Source of the DNA: Octopus sinensis
Taxonomy: Eukaryota
Assembly (NCBI RefSeq): GCF_006345805.1
Contig: NC_043000.1
Span: 163,866,001-163,930,000 of the forward strand
Direction: 5' to 3'
DNA: 64,000 nucleotides
How positions within the stretch are numbered: the first letter of the stretch is position 1; the number at the start of each line of letters is the position of its first letter. The notes below the pieces were generated by a model. That model did not search any database and was not told the origin of the DNA. It was given only the letters and a program-made list of their open reading frames with translations. A program made the position numbers and the translations under genes. Below are positions 24,584 to 37,348 of the stretch, in pieces.

Positions 24584-27452
24584 GTTTCTTTATTGGCCAC
24601 ACAGATGGGACAAGTTACAAGTAGAGCTTTTCTTTTGTGGGATGAAAAAAAACAAAAAAAAACAAAAAACAAAAGAAACAAAAAAGGTGGCGTAGGTTTT
24701 CGATCAAAAGGGATCGTAAAAGGGGAAAAGAAAAAAAAGGAAAAAAAGGAAAAGAAAAATAAAAAAGGAAGAAAAAAGAGAAAAAAAGAGGGAGAGGAAA
24801 AAAACGATCAATAGGGATCGTGTGTCACAGTGTCATGGTGTACGGTGTAAAGGGGAAAGCAAGTAAGGTTTATCCGTGGGAAGAAAAGCCTACGAAAAAG
24901 ACCACGGTTACCTCGGTCAGTATTGTTATATGTTACCACATTTGTTTGCAAGTGGGTAACCCTCTGTTTTCAATTTCTGGGTTCATGGGATTATACTCAA
25001 GGTGGCCTCGTCATTCATACGTGCCATTCTTGCTACATTCACCCATCTTTTTTTAAAACATTCGCTAGACAAAACTTGCCTCTCTACTCTCACTTTCCTT
25101 TTCAAGTGGTACTTGAAGAAGTTGATGAGAGATTGACGAGAGAGGAAAGTGTTTGTCTCCAATCCTTTAAGACGCGTCCACCAGATACATTATTTCGCCA
25201 TAGCCACAAGGCTGATGAAAATAGCTCTCCCTTCCCGTTTGAAGGAAGGAGGCGTGACAATATTGACGATAGACTCAGCTGATAAACCGACTCGTCCCAC
25301 ACGTGGCAGCAGTCGTTCGACATAAGCCCACAGGTCGGAAATTGTTGGACACTGCACGAGTGCGTGCAGAACGGTTTCGTCGCTCTGACCGCATCTCGGG
25401 CAGGTCGGCCCCGTGTTTCTCGAGCCGTGTCTGCAGAGCTTATCCCGAACGGGTAGCGCTTCTCGGTAGCACTGCCAGGCCAGGGATCTCTGGAAGTTGT
25501 CCATGGGCCCTGGCCCGAAAGTCGTCTCGAACAGGCGGGTCAGGTACTCCTCGTCGACGTTCAGGTTCGCCCCGAGCTCGTCGTCGTACCTCCCCTCCAC
25601 TAATCCCCTATAGAATGCTTTGGTTGTGTTGAAGTCACTTAAGGTCGACCCAGGACGGCAGAGTTGCTTGAGAGCAACGCGACACTCGCGGTGTCATTCG
25701 CCCTTCCTCGGCCACTTTTTGATCCACGACAGCAGTTCGGTCATGGAGACGAGCTGGGGGAAAGCGTGCCTCAAAACGGCGACCACACCTGTTCACCGTC
25801 GTCTACGAAGAGTCTGAGATGTCGCAGTCTCAGCGCGTGTCTGCGCATCATCAACCACGGCATGCCCAGCCCTCCTTTTAACGGGTGTTGACAGCAAATG
25901 GATCGCCTGACCATCGGGACGCATCCTTTCCACAAGAAGCGAAAGAGAATGCGTTGTAGTTTGGTGATGGTAGGGTCGGGACAAGGGACGACGGTCAGGC
26001 GGTAGTAGATGACGGACGCGATGTACGTGTTCGCCACCTCCGCCCGACCTTTTAGGGACAGTTTCCTCTCGGCCCATTGCCGGGCGAGAGTGACCACCCT
26101 ACTCGTTATCTCGTTCCAGTTCTTCTCCACTTGGAGATCCGGACCGAGCCAGACCCCGAGCAACTCGACCGGGCCGTCGGTCCAGCGTCCCACGACGGAG
26201 GCGCTGGTGGACGGCATGGGCCTGCTTCTCCAGGTGCCTAGTCGCAAGCCCACTGACTTTTCCCGGTTGATTTTCGCTCCTGTCACCGCTTCGTAGTAAT
26301 TCAGTGTCTCGCCGACCTGCTCGATGTGCTCATGGCTAGACACTATGATGGTGACTTCGTCCGCGTATGCAGACACGCTCGTCCCGCATCCCAGTTCTCG
26401 CGGGATGCCCCTCAAAGTTGCCAGCTTCCGCAATAATGGCTCGAGAGTCAATACGTATAGAAGCGACGAGAGGGAGCATCCCTGACGGACCGAACGTGCG
26501 ATGTCGAAAGGTCTCGATAGATGTCCATTTACGCGAACTACCGAACGGATGCCTCTGTACAAAGCGGCTATCCAGCCGCGGAAGACGGGACCGAAGCCAG
26601 CCGCTCTGAGGACTGCCTCCAAGTATCGATGGTCTACCCTATTGAAGGCTTTCGATTGATCCAAATTGATCAGCGTCCCATCCATGCCAGGTTCGTTAAC
26701 TACCCTATCTATAATGTAGCGCATCAGGTGGAGGTTGTCATGAATGGTCGGCCCGGGACGGCGCATGTTTGCGCCTTGTCGACCAGTTTCTCGATGACAA
26801 GCGCCAACCTCTTGGCTGGCACCTTGTCCAAAATTTTCAAGTCTGCATTAAGCAGAGTGATGGGCCTAAAGTTATCTATTACATTTCCCTTGTTTAGATC
26901 TTTCTTCATCAGTGTTACGGCTCCTCAGCTCACAAAACCAGGAATGCTCCCGTTTTGCTGCCAGTTGCAGTACACCGCTGCCAAGACATCTCCAAACAAG
27001 TCTGACATACAATTGTAAAGCTCGTAGGGTAGACCATCCAAACCCGGTGATTTGTCCCTCGAGCATTCTGCCATCGCGTCCTGCACTTCCGCCGCCGTGA
27101 TGGCACCTTCGCAGCACTCTGCATCTCTTGTCGAGAGTCGTGGTAGGCTGTGTAGGTAGGCACTGAAGTCCACCCTACGTTCTTGCCCGCCACTCGTCCC
27201 GAACAGTCGGGCAAAATGCTGTTGAAAGACCTCACACATTTTACTTGGCTCGATCAATTCGCGCCCCTGTTCATCTACCAGAGACCGAATGGTGGCTTTG
27301 TTGCCCTGTTGCGCCTCTGCCACCCGGGCCTCTCTCGCGGCTCCAACACCTTCGTTCCTTAGAGCACGCATCCTAGCTTTGCCAGCACACCCTTCGTGTT
27401 TGGCGTTGAAGTGTTGGTCGAGGGCCAACCTCGCCGCCAAAACGTCGGATGC
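24584..27452 (-). mobile_element. 5'-truncated Tx1/L1-clade LINE (RT domain, zinc finger, 3'UTR), inactive
   Basis: ORFs show NFRPITLLNADLKIL, LDQSKAFNRVDH, SVRQGCSLSSLLY, YADE (YADD mutated), LSLKGRAEV and CPRCGQSDETVLHALVQC, with several frameshifts. The 3'UTR ends AATAAAGAAAC and both junctions abut (GATA)n. Confidence 0.92.
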
Positions 27453-27664
<212 letters not shown>

Positions 27665-27665
27665 T

Positions 27666-27773
27666 GTTTCTTTATTAGCCACACAGGGCTGCACACAGAT
27701 AGAACAAATTACAAGGTAGAGCTTTTCTTTTGAAGGGTTAAAAAAAAAAAAAAGGAAGGGGGGAGTTTCGATC

Positions 27774-27776
<3 letters not shown>
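27666..27776 (-). mobile_element. ~110-bp 3'-terminal copy of the same Tx1-like family
   Basis: GTTTCTTTATT.GCCACACAG...ACAA.TAGAGCTTTTCTTTTG...TTTCGATCAAA aligns to 24584-24710, and (AGAT)n lies on both sides. Confidence 0.88.
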
Positions 27777-27865
<89 letters not shown>

Positions 27866-28226
27866 CCATACCCAAAAGTACACACGGGTATTTTGCTGAC
27901 CGGCTTATATTCACTCGCAGTCACACGCGCAAACATAGTCACACACAGTCTCATGCACGCACACACACTCATGTTCACAAGAATTTCACATGTAACATAT
28001 ATACAAAAGAAAACTTGTATATGTACACATTCTCTCAGAACAGACATGTTTACTTAAGAATGAACGAAGACCTAGCGAGTAGAACTCGTCGCTTTTCGTT
28101 TGTGCAATGTGTGTATATGTATGTACGTGTATTTTGTTATTCTTCATTGTTTTATTTGTTTCAGTCATTTGACTGCGGCCATGCTGGAGCACCGCCTTTT
28201 GTCGAACAAATCGACCCCAGGACTTA

Positions 28227-29192
28227 CCGTAAATCCTCGAGTATAGTCCTCCTTTGAATATAATACGCAGGGGATTTTTATGGGGCTGTACCTCTGAAAA
28301 ACCTAAAACTTGTGTATAGTACGCACCCCTTCTCTATCTTGAGTCAAGGAGGTCTATATAACGTCCTTGGTTTGTAAAAATGTATGCGGTAGCGTCCCTT
28401 ATTATTGCCTTCTTGCCTTCTTTATCTTTGGCATCTGTTTAATTTCATCTTTATTTCTTCTCCATAACCTGGCATTGCTTTCGTCAACATCAAATTTTCT
28501 TCCGGCGGCCCTATTGCCATGCTCTTCAGCATATGATATAACTTCAAGTTTAAACATAGCTGAATACAAGGCATTTTGTGCGCAAGTAATGTATAAAATG
28601 TTTTATTGGAGATTAATGTACAGGTTTAAGTCCCGCTTATAAAAAAAAACCCTAGTGAAGACCCACAGTAGTTCAAACATTTTATACTGATATTTAATAA
28701 AGTATCTATCGCTTGCCACGGTAATGATACAAACTGCCAATACAAACAGCAGGATGAACTATTTAGCGCTAAACTATTAAGCACAATTCGTGCGTAACTA
28801 AGCCAGCAGCACCTAGTCGAACAAACACTTCCGCGCATGCGTAATACAATAATGGTGATGTTCTTAACGGTTATATGAGAATGTAAATATGTTTGAAAAT
28901 TGTTTTTGTTACATCTTATTCTGTGTTCTGAATACTTTTATTTTAATAAATGTTGCTTACTGCAAGTTATGGACGATATTTGTATAACTTCATTGCTTTC
29001 AGGCTTAGCTTAAGGTATTTTCGTGCCCGACATCATGAAATGCGTCTGAATAAACATTGCCGGACATCAAATAGAGACTCGGACATTGCTTAGAAAATAT
29101 TTTAAATTTTTAACCTTGTATATAGTATGCATTAGGGATTTTGACCTTTAAATTTTGGGAAACAAATGCGGATTATACTCGAGGATTTACGG
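28227..29192 (-). mobile_element. pogo/Tc2-like DNA transposon, internally deleted
   Basis: TIRs CCGTAAATCCTCGAGTATAGTCC and GGATTATACTCGAGGATTTACGG. It is inserted at a TA (left TSD TA, right copy GA) and carries a transposase remnant. Confidence 0.85.
28402..28566 (-). pseudogene. pogo-type transposase N-terminal Brinker-like DNA-binding domain
   Basis: Manual translation gives YSAMFKLEVISYAEEHGNRAAGRKFDVDESNARLWRRNKDEIKQMPKIKKARRQ followed by a stop. Confidence 0.8.
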
Positions 29193-29667
29193 GATTCTTT
29201 GTAAGCCTAGTACTTATTATATCGGTCTATTTTGCCGATATATATATATATATATATATACGACAGGTTTCTTTTAGTTTCCGTCAACCAAATCCACTCA
29301 CAAGCCTTTAGCCGGCCCGAGACTATAGTAGAAGACATTTGCCCAAGGTGCCACACAGTGGGACTGAACCTGGTACTATGTGGTTGTTAAGCAAGCTACT
29401 TACCACACAGCCACTACGGCGCCTATATAGGAAAACCCTCGATCCAATAACACAGCTTACAAACTGTATTCTTGGAATGACCAATTTTAAATACTATTGG
29501 AACTCACACACAACGTACAGGAAACTTATATGTATACCATTCTACTTAAATAATTGAACTGCAGAGGCAATATCCCTGCATATCTCACGTCTGTTTTCAT
29601 TCACCCACTTCACTCTCTATTTCATATCTTCTCTAGAATAACTATTGCTTAACCCTCTTATTGCACC

Positions 29668-29715
29668 GTCTCCGATGAAGGGATATATGAAATATCCCGG
29701 AAACAGCTGTAAGAC
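29668..29715 (+). ncRNA. Minimal type I hammerhead motif, U4C variant
   Basis: GTCT-CCGATGA-A-GGGATAT-ATGAA-ATATCCC-G-GAAA-CAGCTG-TA-AGAC. Stem III is the palindrome ACAGCTGT. Confidence 0.55.
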
Positions 29716-30114
29716 CTCTTTATAAATGTTCTGAAAACTTTTACAGCTTTCGACATTTATCTCATTCTGTAAATTTTATATACACATATGTGTGTGTGTG
29801 TGTGTGTGTGTGTATTGCTCGAAATGGGGAGTAGATAGACAGCCGACAACTGATGAAGGGTCGTTCTTTGTATTACTTGTCTTGTTTTCTATCTCTTTTT
29901 CCTCTTTATTTGCGTATTTGACTCATTTGTTTTTGTATTTCCTGTTGTTTTCTGTTGGTGACGTCCTGTGCCCATATAATCATATAAATCCTTAAATCCT
30001 TAAAAATGTTTCAGCCCTATATATAGGGAGAGTTTACGAAAAAACAAAAGACGAAGACAGGTGGTGTTCAAAACAAACAGATGTATTAGTATAACGCTCA
30101 GGAAAAGAAAAAGT

Positions 30115-30150
30115 CTTTTACGTTTCGAGCCAACGCTCTTCTGCAGAAAG
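30115..30150 (-). ncRNA. Minimal hammerhead-like motif with altered core
   Basis: CTTT-CTGCAGA-A-GAGC-GTTG-GCTC-GAAA-CG-TA-AAAG. All three stems are present but A6 is replaced. Confidence 0.4.
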
Positions 30151-30586
30151 GGACACAGAAAAAACAAGGAGAGAAAAAAAAGGAAAAAAATGTGTGTAGT
30201 GGCTAACGATCAATAATGGCGTATATATATGTATACACACACACACATACACACACATATATATACATACATACATACATAATACATACATACATACATA
30301 CATACATAAATGCATATAGAGAAGCAGGCTGGCAGACAGACAGACAGAAAGAGGGAGAGAGACAGAGAGATGCATATCTAAACAACATACGCACATATAA
30401 GGAGGGAGAGAATAAATGACAGAATTGTGATAAATGAGGTGATATGCTGCATTACATGTTTATACTTTGTGTGTGTGTGAGTGTGTGTGTGTGTGTGTCT
30501 GAGTGTGTGTGTGTCTGAGTATGTATGTGTGCTTGTGTGTGTGTGTGTGTGTCTGAGTGTGTGTGTGTCTGAGTATGTATGTGTGC

Positions 30587-30622
<36 letters not shown>

Positions 30623-31465
30623 GCGTGTGTATGTGTATATGTGGGCGCACGCATACCATTTGATTCATTGAATACTTGCATTTGATTATGTGTTTTGTTC
30701 TATTCCGCGTGTGTGTGTGTGGCGGAGAAAGAGAGAATATTCTCTGTGTGTAGGCGTAGGCGTCGGCGTGTGCCTTGTGGGTGCATTTGCGTTTGCACGC
30801 TTGACTGACTGTGTATATCTATGTCCATATTTACATTTGCATGTGTCTTGGTATGTAATGTATGTATGTATCTTATTTAGGTAATGTAACGTATTTATAA
30901 ATCTTCATATATTTTAGGACGGGTTAAGTGGTAGCCTCCATGCAAATTGATAATCTAAGCAGCGGGTTCGATTGCCGCTTGAATGATTACTCTTCAATTT
31001 CTCTTTATATCTGTGTTTTCCTGTCATAGTCAGTAACTTGGAGATCAACTAATCTCACAAAAGTGGATTTGCTCATTATCCACATCAGAAATAAAATGAC
31101 CCGAAGACGAAATGGGCCAGTCAGGATTATTATATTTGCTGTGAAGGAATATTAATTTCAGTAGACACAATAGGTTAGAATGATCAAGAAATTAGCTTGA
31201 CAACACTAGATCCCAGGTACAATCCCATTGCGAGATATCTTTAACAAATGTCATATTCTGTCGCCCGAATGGAGTGAATATAGGTAGACAGAAATTCTAC
31301 AGACGCTCGTCGTCTTTAGTCGTACCTTTAACTCAAAAGGTAAGGCCTTCTGAATTGTGTTCCGCTGATTATTGTTGAAAATTGCCTTACTGACATTCTG
31401 TCACTTACATGTTAAGCCATGTATATAATATTTCAAAGATCTTTATCAAATTATTCTCCTCTAAA

Positions 31466-32020
31466 GAGGACGGATCAGAATATAAAAGTAAAAATTAGGA
31501 AGGCTAGAGCTACCTTCAGGATTGTCAGAACAATCTGGAGATCACAGACCTGTTCAAGAAGTACAAAACTCGAGATCATTAACACAAACGTGAAAACAGT
31601 TCTGTTGTATGCGTGTAAAAATGGCGAGTCATAAAGTTCTCTGTCGGCGAGCTCCAAGCTCCAAACTTTTGTGAATAGGTGTCTTCCAGGAGAGATGGAA
31701 AGGCAGACTAACAAACAAAACTTTGTGTGAACAGGCGAACCACCCACCTATTGAAACGCGCGTCAAGAGGAGGAAACAGAGCTGGCTGAGACACACTAGA
31801 GAAACCCGTCTGCAACATTACAAGGCAAGGTCTCCGATCGACAGCCCAAGGGAGACACAAACATGGAGACCTAAAACAACGTGGAGAAGGTTCACGAAAA
31901 CTGTAGCACTGACAGACAGCTGACCGTAGAGACAACTGTAATTCATTGCTGAAGATCGACACAGATGGAGATCTGTTGTTGGCAGCCTATACAGCAGATG
32001 GAGTCAAAAAATGAATGAAG
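31466..32020 (+). pseudogene. RTE-clade LINE 3' fragment
   Basis: Reads DQNIKVKIRKARATF...IWRS...TKLEIINTNVKTVLLYAC, then KLQTFVNRCL and PIETRVKRRKQSWLRHT...RPKTTWRR, followed by a short ATGA tail. Confidence 0.85.
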
Positions 32021-33123
32021 TAAATAACGATGCCTTTTATTGGTTCAATGTATAAATCTCACAATTTGGAAAAGGATTAGTCCATCTACGTTCAGAGTTA
32101 CAATATAGATGTATATATGTGTATGTTTGTATGTTTGTGTGTATATTTGGCCATGAGGTTAGGATTATTGTACACGTATATATGTCTATTTGTATGTATG
32201 CATGAATGTATGTAAGTAGGTATGTATGCATGTATGTGTATATGTATGCATGCATATGTGTATGTATGCATGCATGTATGTATGATTTTTCTTTGAATTT
32301 TTCTATGTTCTTTTTGAGAGAGTCAAGCCGGTCGTTAACCGAGCGACGAAAACTTTTGAGTGAAGAGAGTTCTCGATGTTTGTGAATAAGTGTTTGAGTT
32401 ATTGTGTTGGTTGGACTGTTGATGCATACACCCAATGTGTGCATCTATTCACATAAGAATATCAAAAGGAAAATTTTGGGAATGTCTTACACTTCTTCAC
32501 TGTGGCTCTAATAGATTGGATTTGGAGATTCCGTATTAATTTCTTTTGCTCCTTCTCTGTGGAACCGAGTATTTCTATGTTATTTACCAATAAATTGGTT
32601 CATAACCTAATGCACCTATGATGATATGTATGTATGTGTGTGTGTATGTATGTATGTGTATATGTATGTATGTAGATGTGGGCCCATATATACATGTTCA
32701 CATAGGTGTATATAGACATATATACGTGCGTATATATATGCAGATGGTCGTGAGCCCATATAGGAGAATGTCTTCTAACCCCTACCTTGTTAGTGAAACT
32801 GAGTAAACGGAAACTAGGGAAACCTGTCAGATGGAGTCTACCCATAATTCAAAGGGCCAGCAGTGTGTTAAGATGCAGTGTGCCTGAGAATTGCGTTAAG
32901 TGTACAAGTGTGTTTGGAATACTCAACCACTTACATATTTCAACGAGTAAGCAATTCAGTTGATCGAACAACTCGAATACTCATCGTCGAAACCAACGGA
33001 GATCCATTTACTTTTATTATAAATATATGTCTGTATTTGTTGATATGCTAGTGTATGTGCGGGGGTGTGTATGCATATGTGCACGCATTTGTGTGTGCGT
33101 GTCTGTGTGCGCATGTGTGTGTT

Positions 33124-33170
<47 letters not shown>

Positions 33171-33176
33171 TTGTAA

Positions 33177-33370
33177 TACGAGGAGATGTTGAAAAGTTCC
33201 TGGCTCTGGGTAAAAGAAAATACAGGACTATAAGTTAATCATGATTTTATTCAACATATTCCCCTCTCAGATTCACCCACTTCTTGCAGGGGTCCTAAAG
33301 TTTTCTAAGCTTATAAAAGAACCCGGAAGGTTGGACCTCCAGCCAGGCCTTTCGCGACCACCCCTTTGTA
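33177..33370. mobile_element. Small mariner-like MITE
   Basis: Degenerate TIRs TACGAGGAGATGTTGAAAAGTTCCTGGCT and AGCCAGGCCTTTCGCGACCACCCCTTTGTA. Confidence 0.55.
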
Positions 33371-33374
33371 TTAG

Positions 33375-33570
33375 GCAGCGACCTGGCTGAATTGTTAGCA
33401 AGCCGGACAAAATGCTTAGTGGCATTTCCTCTGTCTTTACATTCTGAGTTCAAATACCGCTGAGGTCGACTTTACCTTTCATCCTTTCGGTGTCGATAAA
33501 ACAGGAATCAGCTGAGCATTGGGGGTCGATGTAATCGACTTACTCAATCCCCTAAAAATTGCTGGCCTTC
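33375..33570 (+). mobile_element. Nin/Deu-like SINE copy
   Basis: GGCAGCGACCTGGCTGAATTG...GAGTTCAAATACCGCTGAGGTCGACTTT. Confidence 0.8.
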
Positions 33571-33671
33571 CTCGCCAAGTCTGGAACCCACATATATGTG
33601 AGTGAATGTATGCTTATATCAGCGTGTAGAATGCTAATGAATAAGGTTTCCGCTTCGTTTTTTTTTTTCTT

Positions 33672-33715
<44 letters not shown>

Positions 33716-34057
33716 TCTTGTTTATTGTTTGTGCATATTTGCTTTCGATGAGTGTGTGTGTGTGTGTGTGTGTATACGGGTGTGTGTGAGGGAGTGTGCG
33801 TTTTTGTGGGGGGAGAAGTTCGAAGGGGGAGGGCTGTGCACGCGCGTGCTTGTATGTTGTTGTTTGTGTCTAAGTGTTTTTTGTATTGTTTTTAACGATT
33901 TGTTCTCTGTGCATTCATGTGTACATTTAGTTTGAATATATTTGTACGAGAGTGTTGTCTATAGATGTGTATGTACGACAATTCAATGTGTATCTAAACG
34001 TGTACTGCAGTTTGTGTATAATCATTTTGTGTGTACACTTGCGTACATGTATATTCG

Positions 34058-34163
34058 TGTATGTATGTATGTATGTATGTATGTATGTGTGTATGTATGT
34101 ATGCATGTATGTATGTATGTAAATATGTATGTATGTGTGTATGTTTGTATGTATGTATGCATG

Positions 34164-34197
<34 letters not shown>

Positions 34198-34431
34198 TGT
34201 ATGTATGTGTGTATGTATGTATGCATGTATGTATGTATGTATGCATGTATGTATATATGTATGTATGTATGTATATATGTATTTATGTATGTATGTATGT
34301 ATGTATGTATGTATGTATGTATTTATGTATGTATGTATGCATGTATGTATGTATGTATGTATGTATGTGTGTATGTATGTATGTATGTAAATATGTATGT
34401 ATGTGTGTATGTGTGTATGTATGTATGCATG

Positions 34432-34465
<34 letters not shown>

Positions 34466-34967
34466 TGTATGTATGTGTGTATGTGTGTATGTATGTATGC
34501 ATGTATGTATGTATGTATGTATGTATGTATGTATGTATGTATGTATGTATGTATGTATGCATGTATGTATATATGTATGTATGTATGTATATATGTATTT
34601 ATGTATGTATGTATGTATGTATGTATGTATGTATGTATGTATTTATGTATGTATGTATGCATGTATGTATGTATGTATGTATGTATGTGTGTATGTATGC
34701 ATGTATGTATGTATGTAGGTATGTGTGTATGTATGTATGTATGTATGCATGTATGTATATATGTATGTATATATGTATTTATGTATGTATGTATGTATAT
34801 ATGTAAGTATGTATGTATTTATGTATTTATGTATGTATGCATGTATGTATGCATGTATGTATATATGTATGTACGTATGTATGTATATATGTATGTATGC
34901 ATGTATGTATATATGTATATATGTATATATGTATGTATGTATGCATGTATGTATGTATGTATGTATG

Positions 34968-35001
<34 letters not shown>

Positions 35002-35238
35002 TGCATACATGTATGTATGTATGTATGTATGTATGTATGTATGTATGTAGTATGTATGTATGTATGCATGTATGTATGTATATATGTATGTATGCATGTA
35101 TGCATGTATGTATGTATATATATATGTATTTATGTATGTATGTATGTATATATGTATTTATGTACGTGTGTATGTATGTATGTATGTATGTATATATGTA
35201 TTTATGTATGTATGCATGTATGTATGTATATATGTATG

Positions 35239-35272
<34 letters not shown>

Positions 35273-35297
35273 TGTATGTATGTATGTATGTATGTAT
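34058..35297. repeat. ~1.2-kb (TATG)n/(ACAT)n microsatellite with variant units
   Basis: Direct inspection. It generates the long MYVC/HTYI pseudo-ORFs. Confidence 0.97.
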
Positions 35298-37298
35298 GCT
35301 TAGTGGCACATTGTATATGCTTGTGGTTGGTTATTTTGTCTTGTGTGAGGTGATTTGCTGTATGAACTTATCTGGAGAAGTCGCGTGTGTGTATATGTGA
35401 GTGTATATCTACCATACTTATATGCGTGTGTTTTAGATGTGTGAATACAATCGAGTAAATGTCTACATGATTGCTTGTGTGGATGTCTAACCACACAGTT
35501 GATTGTATATCTGAGTGTATGTGTCTGAGTATGCGTACGGTTTGTGAGAGTCATTGGATCTGCATCTATACATGTCTGTACGTATGTGTGATTATCGGAG
35601 TTTGTGTGTGTACAATCATCTGTGTTTGTACAGGGAATGTTGTCTAAAAATTTGTATGGAAGTGTATCTGTGTTTGTATATGAGACTCTCTAGAGGTTTG
35701 ACAGCATAAATTTCTAACTATTTGTATGATTGCGTGTCCAGTGGTTTAACAACATAGTTTTCTATACATTTGTCTATGTATGTTTACATATTTGGATCTA
35801 TATATATAGGATTATAGTAGCATGTGAATGCATAACTACATGCGCATGAGGAAAAGTGGGGGTACAGGAAAGAGAAGGAGAGATATAGTGTGTATTTGTA
35901 GATGTGTTTATTTTTGTGAGTATATACATTTGGAATTGTTTGTGGATATAGGTTTTTGATTGCTTGAGTGGATGTCTAACCACAGTTGATTCTATATCTG
36001 AGTGTATGCCCCTGAGTTTGTGTGCGCTTTATGAGAGTCAATGAATCTGCGTCTATACATGTCTGTATATATTTATGGTTATATCTTTTGTTTTTTCTTT
36101 TTGCGTAGTTGTAAAACCAACGGCTGAGCGTTTCACATTCGATCGTCTGTGTTCTGACTACTAATTTTTCACGATTTGACTTGAAATTTCATCCCCACAG
36201 GATCGAAAAAGTAATTAGTACCAGTTGTTGTTATTTAACCTTATATCAACTTTCATTGAGAAAATCTATGATTAATGACGTTCCAGACGTGACTAACTCA
36301 TATTTGTACCGAGGAATAAACTGCCCAATCCATACTTCCTTCAGTGTAATTTGAGCAAGATTAGGCCACTGTTACTAGGTGTGGCAACTATGTAGAGGGA
36401 GCCGCTACACCGTAAGTTCATATAATAACTGTGCCACTCAAATTCAAGGATCAGTTTACACGTCTTAAATATGTATGTAGCTTTGCTCTTTGAGAAAGAA
36501 TCGTTAGTTAACCCTTTAACGGACAGTGTACTTGCGAACAAAATGCCTGGCAGTATTTAGTTATCTCCCAATACGAAGATAACTAAACACTGACTTTATA
36601 TCATCCCCATAAAAGGTTGATAAAATAATATCTCTAAAATTCTGGGGTCAACTAAGTCTACTATAATCCAACCCCGAAAACTTGTGACGTTCTACCAAAA
36701 TTAGAATTATGTTTTAGTTCGTTTCACTAAACTTTAATCTATTTTGGTAGTATTTCACTAGAATTTCCTATTACTTTCAATAATCGCTGTATTATATAGG
36801 AGAGCGTTTTTTTCTTATTGTAGCGTTGCGAAATATATACAAAAATTGTGTTACAGAAGACTGTGGCAATGGTAATACTGCATGTATAATAACAAAAAGA
36901 AATATAGTGAAATGTTAACTTAGAAATATTTAAATATTTGATTAGACCTGATATTTCAGTTAAAATACCCTTTTCTAAAAATGCATCCAGTTCGTCAACC
37001 AAATGCGTGTTCCTCTTTTGTTCTCTCAACACCATTGAAAAGGGGTATTTTATCCGAAATATTAGGACTAATTAAATATTTATGAGGTAACATTTCAATC
37101 TCCTTTTTATTCTCATTATTGAAGTTTAATGTTCTAACTACAGTACCATTGCTGTAACTGTCTATAACACTTTTCTATCACAATTCATTTTTAGTTTTGA
37201 ATATTTTATTGAGTAGCGCAATGTTTTCTAAGCATTTTTTTCTTTCTGCACTCCTCCACCTTTTCCAATTCATCACAACCTTTATTATAATAATAATA

Positions 37299-37348
<50 letters not shown>

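Larger units (their letters stand above)
28140..29415 (-). mobile_element. SINE family C copy split by a DNA transposon
   Basis: The tail half (28140-28226) and head half (29193-29415) rejoin as GGACTTA/TTCTTTGTAAGCC. Confidence 0.85.

Noticed and set aside
33927-35400. Long ORFs (up to 258 aa) of MYVC/HTYI type
   Set aside because: They are stop-free translations of (TATG)n. The same applies to ORFs at 263-928, 24061-24681, 27359-27883, 50935-51444, 54210-54854 and 57466-59579.
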